Part shown: positions 41,185-47,061 of the stretch, in pieces | Layout: each line of letters opens with the position of its first letter | Numbering within the stretch: the first letter of the stretch is position 1 | Source: Chthonomonas calidirosea | GTDB lineage: Bacteria > Armatimonadota > Fimbriimonadia > Fimbriimonadales > Fimbriimonadaceae | Length of the DNA: 47,061 nt | NCBI GenBank assembly: GCA_945859975.1 | Contig: CAMAPH010000022.1 | Location: 1 to 47,061, forward strand | Direction of reading: 5' to 3' | Notes under the pieces: model-generated | What the model was told of the DNA's origin: nothing | Seen by the model: only the letters and a program-made list of their open reading frames with translations | Databases searched by the model: none | Program-made: the position numbers and the translations under genes

Positions 41185-43230
41185 ATGACGCTCCTTGCTG
41201 CCGTTGCCATGCTCGCGATCCAGGCCCCGCCGACCTTTCGGGTGCTCGTTGTCGGCATGGGACCCTACTCCGCCACTGGTTCTGCCTTCCCGAACTTAAA
41301 CGGCGAAAACGACGCCCGGAACCTGGCGGCGCGGCTTAAGAGTGCCTACAACCTAAAGGACGAAAACTTCCACTTCGTCCTTGGCAAGGAAGCGACAAAG
41401 GCCAAGATCGAGGGCGAATTCCGAGACTGGCTCGTCAAGGACGCGAAACCCGGCGACACCCTTGTCTACTTCGTTAGCGGCCACGGAACGCTCGTGCCCG
41501 ATCCGAGCTACGCCACCGGGGTGCGCGGCGCGACCGTACCGATCGACTTCCGGGTGCGCACCGATGGCTCAATTGATGAGACCAGCGTCATCACCAGCCG
41601 CTTTTATAACGAACAAATCACCAGCCTGTCGAAGAGCGGCGTCGAGAACGTGACCCTAATTTTCGACACCTGCCACGCTGGTTCGGTAGCGCGAGGCAAA
41701 GGCGAGGTCGTCGCGAAATGGATCGAAAACCCGGGCGCGAAGGCTCGTCCCGTGCCCGCGACCCGCAGCGCGTACATTGGCTACGAATTCGGAGGCAGCG
41801 TCGTCATCGCCGCCGCTCGGTCAGATCGCTCGGCCTACGAAAATCGCCCGGAAGGCGGAAACCTCACCGTCGCCCTTTGCCGTGCCCTTCGCCGCCAACA
41901 GGAGCGGCAAGCGGCTGGTTCATCCGCCTTTTCGTATCGACAACTGTTCGCCGCCATGCGCGCCGAAATGGAAACCCTCGACCAGCCCATCCCGCAAGAA
42001 CCAATCCTCGCCGGTCCCGCCTCGGACCGCGAAGTGTTTGGGCGAAAGATGGAAGCCATCGAGCCTTACTTCACCATGCTTCCCAAGGGGAGCGGTTGGA
42101 AAATTGATGGCGGACGTGCCGTGGGCATCGAGACGAACCACGTCATTGGGATTTACCCAATCGGAACCCGGAAGTTCAGCGGAGTGAAACCGATCGCAAC
42201 TGCCGTCGTCACCAAGTCGGATGCATTCGAAAGCGAAGTCAAACTGCGAGAAGCTGTCGCACCTTCGGCCCTGAGCGGAGCTCCGGCCCAGATCATCGAT
42301 GGCCTTCCCGATGCCTTCTTACGCCTCGATCTTTCGCGCGTCACCGAGCCGATCTCGGAGCTTGCCAAGCTGCCTCTGGTGCGCCGGGATGACGCCGCAG
42401 CTGACGTCGTGATCGTCCCGTCTGGAGCCAAAAAGTCCACCCCCGACGATTACGATTCGTCACCGGGAAGCTGGCGACTCTTCGATGCTGGCAAGAGTGA
42501 ACCGTTCGCGGAGGTCGCCGGCAACGATCCTCGCCGAGTCGAGTCGCTCCTTGACCTGATTCGCGACGCCGCTCGCCATCGCTCGCTACAGCGCCTTGAG
42601 ACCCCGTCTCCATACGTCAAAGTCGAAGCCGAGATGGTCCCCGTCCGGTTCAAGGAAGCTAAAGAGGGCGAAGTAACCGAAGCCATTTTGCCGCCACGTC
42701 CTATGGAGTCGCTATCAGCGGCTGACCGATTTGCCATTCGGGTACGCGCCGTTCCCGCCAACGGAATCCCGATGCGGAATCCTGAACTTGCACTGCAAGA
42801 GGCTCCATACATCGCCGTTCTCAACCTTTTACCGCGAAAAACGGTCAAGTCCCTTTGGCCAGATGATCGGTTTGGCCTGAATCCGGAAGGCCGCCGGCTC
42901 CCGCCCGATGGCGAATGGCGCTATTTAGGGGAAGAAGGTCTCGTTCGGTCCAGCCGTATTTCAGAGATCCTTCCCTGGGGTCAAAATCCAGACGAGGGCC
43001 CGGGTCGTGAAACGTTTAAAATTATTGCCACCCGCACTAACATATCTTTAGCGCCGTTTCTCACGAGCGCACGGAGTGGCTCCAAAAGTGGAACGCGTGG
43101 GGACAGCCGACTCGCCGACCTTCTTGATTCGTTCAAGGAGGGTCTGCCAATCGAACGGACCGGAACAAAGGCCGGAGCGCCGTCCGAGTTCGGCGTCGTG
43201 TCGATCACCGTTAACATCCCAGATCGATAA
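41185..43230 (+). CDS. Secreted caspase family (peptidase C14) protein with C-terminal accessory (DUF4384-like) domain
   Basis: Signal peptide; LVVGM, ATKAKI, VSGHGT, FDTCHAG, AAARSDRSAYE, QEP; C-terminal GRETFKIIAT. Confidence 0.88.
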   Translation: MTLLAAVAMLAIQAPPTFRVLVVGMGPYSATGSAFPNLNGENDARNLAARLKSAYNLKDENFHFVLGKEATKAKIEGEFRDWLVKDAKPGDTLVYFVSGHGTLVPDPSYATGVRGATVPIDFRVRTDGSIDETSVITSRFYNEQITSLSKSGVENVTLIFDTCHAGSVARGKGEVVAKWIENPGAKARPVPATRSAYIGYEFGGSVVIAAARSDRSAYENRPEGGNLTVALCRALRRQQERQAAGSSAFSYRQLFAAMRAEMETLDQPIPQEPILAGPASDREVFGRKMEAIEPYFTMLPKGSGWKIDGGRAVGIETNHVIGIYPIGTRKFSGVKPIATAVVTKSDAFESEVKLREAVAPSALSGAPAQIIDGLPDAFLRLDLSRVTEPISELAKLPLVRRDDAAADVVIVPSGAKKSTPDDYDSSPGSWRLFDAGKSEPFAEVAGNDPRRVESLLDLIRDAARHRSLQRLETPSPYVKVEAEMVPVRFKEAKEGEVTEAILPPRPMESLSAADRFAIRVRAVPANGIPMRNPELALQEAPYIAVLNLLPRKTVKSLWPDDRFGLNPEGRRLPPDGEWRYLGEEGLVRSSRISEILPWGQNPDEGPGRETFKIIATRTNISLAPFLTSARSGSKSGTRGDSRLADLLDSFKEGLPIERTGTKAGAPSEFGVVSITVNIPDR

Positions 43231-43265
43231 AGCGACTGTAGAATAGCTGGACCCCGGAGAAATAG

Positions 43266-45107
43266 ATGCCCATGCACGACGTAGAATCCCCGCCCGTGAA
43301 ATCTCCGGGCGAACGCACCTACATCGCGTTTGTTCGGATGCTCCCAGGGTCGACAGCGGGAGGCAAATCCAAAGAGCCGTGGCGGCAAATCGAGAGTTGT
43401 CCCAGAACAAGCCATCCGCTACCGCGTCCACAAATCGACGACCTCGGCTATCACTACGTGCTTGGTCCCGACGGCAAGGCAGCGATTGACTCCGCCAATG
43501 CACTGGCCCAAGCGCTCTTCGCCGAGGGACACGATCAGTACATAGTCCTTGACCATGTGGACGTGAGCGAATTGGCCGAGTTGCCCGAGCCGGCCGTACT
43601 GAGTGTCAAGGCTGGTGAATTGTGCCTAAGCGAGGCTGCAGCGGCGGCATTGCAGGCCAATAAAGTCTGGACACCAAAGAACAAGTCTGACTTGCGACTG
43701 TACGATTGGGAAAAAGAACTGGGCTTCAGCTGGCAGATGGCAAAGAAAATCCTTCTACGGACGCAGGAACCCGCGCATGAATTGGCAGGAATTCCAACAG
43801 TTTCCCGGCGGATTTGTCATATTTTGCAAGATATTGTTTTTGGAATTATCATTGCAGCAATTGCGGCTTATCTCATCGAGCCGCTTATCGAGCAAACGCC
43901 GGTGGGTCGCTGGGGAGATCAGATCGCTTACGAGCAAATGGTCGGTGCCCTGAGCCCCGCGTCAAACAAGTCTCCTGTTGTCGTGGTCGATATTGGCGAG
44001 CAATTAAATTATAAAAACGAGATCTATACCGATCTCGAAAAATTGGACAAAGTGGTCGGTAAGGTTTTGGAGCAGAAGCCTCTCGCGGTAGCGGTGGACT
44101 TTGACTTCGGGCCGAACGACGATGATATTCGTCGGCGCACCAATGGGTATCGCATCGATGCCAGCTCGATACTTGGGCGATCCATTGATTCAACGAAAAC
44201 GGCCTCGCCAGTCTTCTTGGGCACTACCTTGCCCGATCCCGGTGCCGAGGAGCTCCTCGGAAGTCAGGAGGCGATCCCTATGGCCGTTCATCTCCTTCGG
44301 CCCCCGGGGTTCATCATGGGCCAAACCGAAATGCTCGGGTCGCTTCACCGTGGTGAAACGGTTCTGCCGAGCCTGGCCGAAAAACTGGCAGAGGTTTACC
44401 GAGAACGGCGTACTCCGTCTCCGAGCAGTCCGCTTTTCAGCTTCTTTTTTGAGCGCTCCGAGACGCATCGTCCGTTTACCGAAATCGTGAAGGGCCTTCC
44501 GCAAGAAATGGCCGAAGTACTGAACGGCATTGAGGCAGACACGTATCTGCTGAATTACGCCAATGTCGACGACTTGATGAAAAATCGAGTCACGGTGTTG
44601 CCCAGCGGCGAGCTCAAGAATCCAGAGAACGCACGCCGTCTGCTGGAAGATAAACTCGTCGTTCTGGGCTCGACTACCACCGAAGGGGACCTCATGCGCC
44701 AACCTCTGGTGTACCGTCCCGTGCCCGGCGTCATTCTCCACGCGCTGGCCGTCGACACCCTTTTGCGGAGTCCAATTTATGATTTCACTGAGATCGGGAA
44801 CAAGGTTTCCGGCTTCATAAGTGGTTGCCTCGTGCTCTTCCTAGTTTCGGCCGTCCGGTGGCGCTTCATGACCGGTCGTGGGGAAGAGATTGAACAGCGC
44901 GCGGCAGGGTTTGCCACTCTGCTCTCCCTGTTCTCGATTCTTGCTCTAGCGTGGGGGCTCGCTCGGGCATACGGCGTGTTATGGACTGGCGCTTTCGTGT
45001 CCCTCTTCGTGGTGCTCGTCGTGGAGCCCCGCATCGAACATGGCCTGCACCACACTCCTAAACTTTTCTCTGATTTGAAACGAATATTCCGAGGCGCACG
45101 AAAATGA
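43266..45107 (+). CDS. CHASE2-domain membrane protein without C-terminal output domain
   Basis: TM, then VVVVDIGE, PLAVAVDFDF, DKLVVLG, PGVILHALAV..LL, then 3 TMs and a short tail. Confidence 0.82.
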   Translation: MPMHDVESPPVKSPGERTYIAFVRMLPGSTAGGKSKEPWRQIESCPRTSHPLPRPQIDDLGYHYVLGPDGKAAIDSANALAQALFAEGHDQYIVLDHVDVSELAELPEPAVLSVKAGELCLSEAAAAALQANKVWTPKNKSDLRLYDWEKELGFSWQMAKKILLRTQEPAHELAGIPTVSRRICHILQDIVFGIIIAAIAAYLIEPLIEQTPVGRWGDQIAYEQMVGALSPASNKSPVVVVDIGEQLNYKNEIYTDLEKLDKVVGKVLEQKPLAVAVDFDFGPNDDDIRRRTNGYRIDASSILGRSIDSTKTASPVFLGTTLPDPGAEELLGSQEAIPMAVHLLRPPGFIMGQTEMLGSLHRGETVLPSLAEKLAEVYRERRTPSPSSPLFSFFFERSETHRPFTEIVKGLPQEMAEVLNGIEADTYLLNYANVDDLMKNRVTVLPSGELKNPENARRLLEDKLVVLGSTTTEGDLMRQPLVYRPVPGVILHALAVDTLLRSPIYDFTEIGNKVSGFISGCLVLFLVSAVRWRFMTGRGEEIEQRAAGFATLLSLFSILALAWGLARAYGVLWTGAFVSLFVVLVVEPRIEHGLHHTPKLFSDLKRIFRGARK

Positions 45108-45877
45108 AATTCATTGCTTTGTTTAGCTTGCTTGTGATCGGAGGAAGCGCAACCCAAAAAACGCCGGGACGCCTTTCCGCCGGAGTGTTGATCGTTTCTA
45201 AAGGCGTCGCCCTGTTGAAGGACCCCGAGGCTGGCAAGCCGCTTCGGCTGCCGGCTGGGAGCACCGCGGGCGTTCGCACCGGCGATATTGTGAAACTCCT
45301 GCAAGGGACGGCCTTCATTTTGCACCGGGATGAATCTCGGGAGCCATTGCCAATTGGGAGCGAAGTGCCCGTTCGGCGGCGGCTGACCGAGCGGGATCGC
45401 AAGCTTGCGCAGCTCCGACCGATCCTCGATAAGGCAGCCCGAGACAAGGGCGCCCCGTATCCTAACGCGTCGTCGCTTGTTCCCGCATCACTCCTGACCG
45501 TTCGCCTCCCAGAAGCGCTCCCCGGCGGGCGGGTCCGCGTTGTCTTGCGCAATTCCCGAGACGAGGTCGTGGCCGAGTTCACTGCGCAGTCGAAACGCCT
45601 GATCGTGCTGCCGGAGTTGCGGCGCGCGGCCATGGTCTTGCGAGATGCTGGAGACGAGTTCGCTTCGGTCGAATTCGTGTCCGGAGCAGTTCGCCGGAAG
45701 GCCTCATTCCGGCTCCTGCCTCGCGCCGACGAGCAGCGGCTCTGGTCGTATCTTCTGTTCCCACCACAGGAATCGGACCCAGAGCTTGCCGCGCTGGAGC
45801 GCCGCGTGGGACTGGTGCAGTTCCAGCTCAACGGCAAACGTCCATTCGTTGATCTCGCCACCGCACTGGCTCCATAG
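45104..45877 (+). CDS. Secreted hypothetical protein, translationally coupled to the CHASE2 gene
   Basis: ATGA overlap; signal peptide MKFIALFSLLVIGGSA; 257 aa. Confidence 0.75.
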   Translation: MKFIALFSLLVIGGSATQKTPGRLSAGVLIVSKGVALLKDPEAGKPLRLPAGSTAGVRTGDIVKLLQGTAFILHRDESREPLPIGSEVPVRRRLTERDRKLAQLRPILDKAARDKGAPYPNASSLVPASLLTVRLPEALPGGRVRVVLRNSRDEVVAEFTAQSKRLIVLPELRRAAMVLRDAGDEFASVEFVSGAVRRKASFRLLPRADEQRLWSYLLFPPQESDPELAALERRVGLVQFQLNGKRPFVDLATALAP

Positions 45878-45916
45878 GCTCACCGATCTTGGCAAGTCCG
45901 ACGTCGCGGATCTCAG

Positions 45917-46179
45917 CACCCTCTGGGTGAAAAACAAAACCAATCCAAATTCCACCGGAAGGGCCGAGCCTGCAAGGCTGACGACCGCTGGCTGTTCATC
46001 CACCAAACCGGCCTCCTCCAATACCCGTGACACTCAGGCAAACAAACCAGAAAAACCCCAAAATCCCAGGTTGACATCCGCCCGTTTCGCCACCTTTAAT
46101 TACGTGAACGGACGGCCCGCGAAAATTTAATTTACAGCCGCCCCCAACGCGGGAGCATTTATAAATAAATTTTCGCCCC
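45917..46179 (+). repeat. Direct repeat copy 2 (decayed NTF2 gene 3' fragment plus conserved non-coding part)
   Basis: Homologous to 33331-33605; the coding part has a 1-nt deletion and a 12-nt deletion between AAGG microhomologies. Confidence 0.95.
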
Positions 46180-46309
46180 CTCAAAACAAGCCCGTGCCTC
46201 CGAACAAATCCGAACCTAAAAGACCTGCAATTAATTAAGATCCCTGAGGGGGAACGTTAATCAATTCCACCGACCAGGGTGATCACAACAATGGATTGCC
46301 CTACCGCAC

Positions 46310-47061
46310 CTAAGGCAAAGTCAGGCAAACAAATGTGTCCGAAGTCGGCCCCCGGTCGAATCCGAATAGCTTCGCATATCCGCCGCCGCTGGCAGCAATG
46401 ACCAAATACTGCTTGCCACGCACGGAGAACGTAGATGGAGCCGCAAAGGCCGAAGCGGGAAGCCGGTATTCCAGCAGCGTCTTACCGGTGCGGCTGTCGA
46501 AGGCGCGAAGGGTCTGGTCGCAAGTGGCACCAACAAAGACCAGATTTCCTTTCGTCACCAGGGTCCCGCCCAAGTTCGGAGTCCCGGTCAGCGGAACGCC
46601 TCTCCGGGTCAGTTCTCGATACTCACCCAAGGTCTTTCGCCAACGAAACCTCCCGGTGTTCAAATCGATTGCGGTCAAAGCGCCCCAAGGCGGCTTAATG
46701 CCCGGGTAACCCTCCCGATCGGTCAAGTGAAGATAGTTCGCCGGATTCGACATGATGCCCGGAAGGTCATTCGTATTGACAAAGAGCGTGTTTGATCGAG
46801 GATCGAACGATGCTCCCGACCAAGGCGACCCGCCAAAGTAGCCCGGCACCACAACCGTGCCTTGTCGGGTGGGCGGCAAGTAGGCCTGACTGTAGCTCAA
46901 GCCCTTCAGCTTCTTAAGCACGTCCAAACGAGCTTCGGCAGAAATGTCCGTAACGTCATTGTCGGTGAATACGGTGCGGGAAAGCGCTGGCGGCAAAACC
47001 GGCTCGGGCTGAGTTTTCGCGGCAACCTCACCTTCGATCACGGAAGCAGGAACATCGACTT
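46310..47061 (-). CDS. PQQ-dependent (glucose/quinate-type) dehydrogenase, C-terminal part; starts beyond the window
   Basis: TQPEP, PGYFGGSPWSGASFDP, KPPWGALTAIDLNTG, GGTLVTKGNLVFVGAT, RAFDSRTGK, APSTF..GKQYLVIAASGG. Confidence 0.88.
   Translation of the reverse strand, partial: VDVPASVIEGEVAAKTQPEPVLPPALSRTVFTDNDVTDISAEARLDVLKKLKGLSYSQAYLPPTRQGTVVVPGYFGGSPWSGASFDPRSNTLFVNTNDLPGIMSNPANYLHLTDREGYPGIKPPWGALTAIDLNTGRFRWRKTLGEYRELTRRGVPLTGTPNLGGTLVTKGNLVFVGATCDQTLRAFDSRTGKTLLEYRLPASAFAAPSTFSVRGKQYLVIAASGGGYAKLFGFDRGPTSDTFVCLTLP

Overview
High-GC bacterial chromosomal window of mostly accessory genes. Many genes appear leaderless (a TANNNT -10 box lies 6-10 nt before the start codon). Left to right: a 3'-truncated PLD-nuclease/SF2-helicase/DUF3427 gene; a SAM methyltransferase; katG; two ArsR/SRPBCC pairs with palindromic operators; secreted glycan-active enzymes (GH127, GH95, deacetylase, DUF5695, GH30); dps; an atypical class A beta-lactamase; an MNT-HEPN toxin-antitoxin pair; a higB / HTH-IrrE / Cas4-like-DUF2779 nuclease operon; and a partial PQQ dehydrogenase. 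Three genes carry single lesions and two gene remnants are present. The most striking element is a 12 kb five-gene cluster (33757-45877). It encodes three apparently active, signal-peptide-bearing caspase-clan proteases (WD40-caspase, TPR-CHAT, caspase), a CHASE2 membrane sensor with no C-terminal output domain, and a secreted unknown protein. A diverged ~270 bp direct repeat brackets the cluster and contains a duplicated gene 3' end and a conserved hairpin. All family calls come from motif recognition by eye; no database searches were run.
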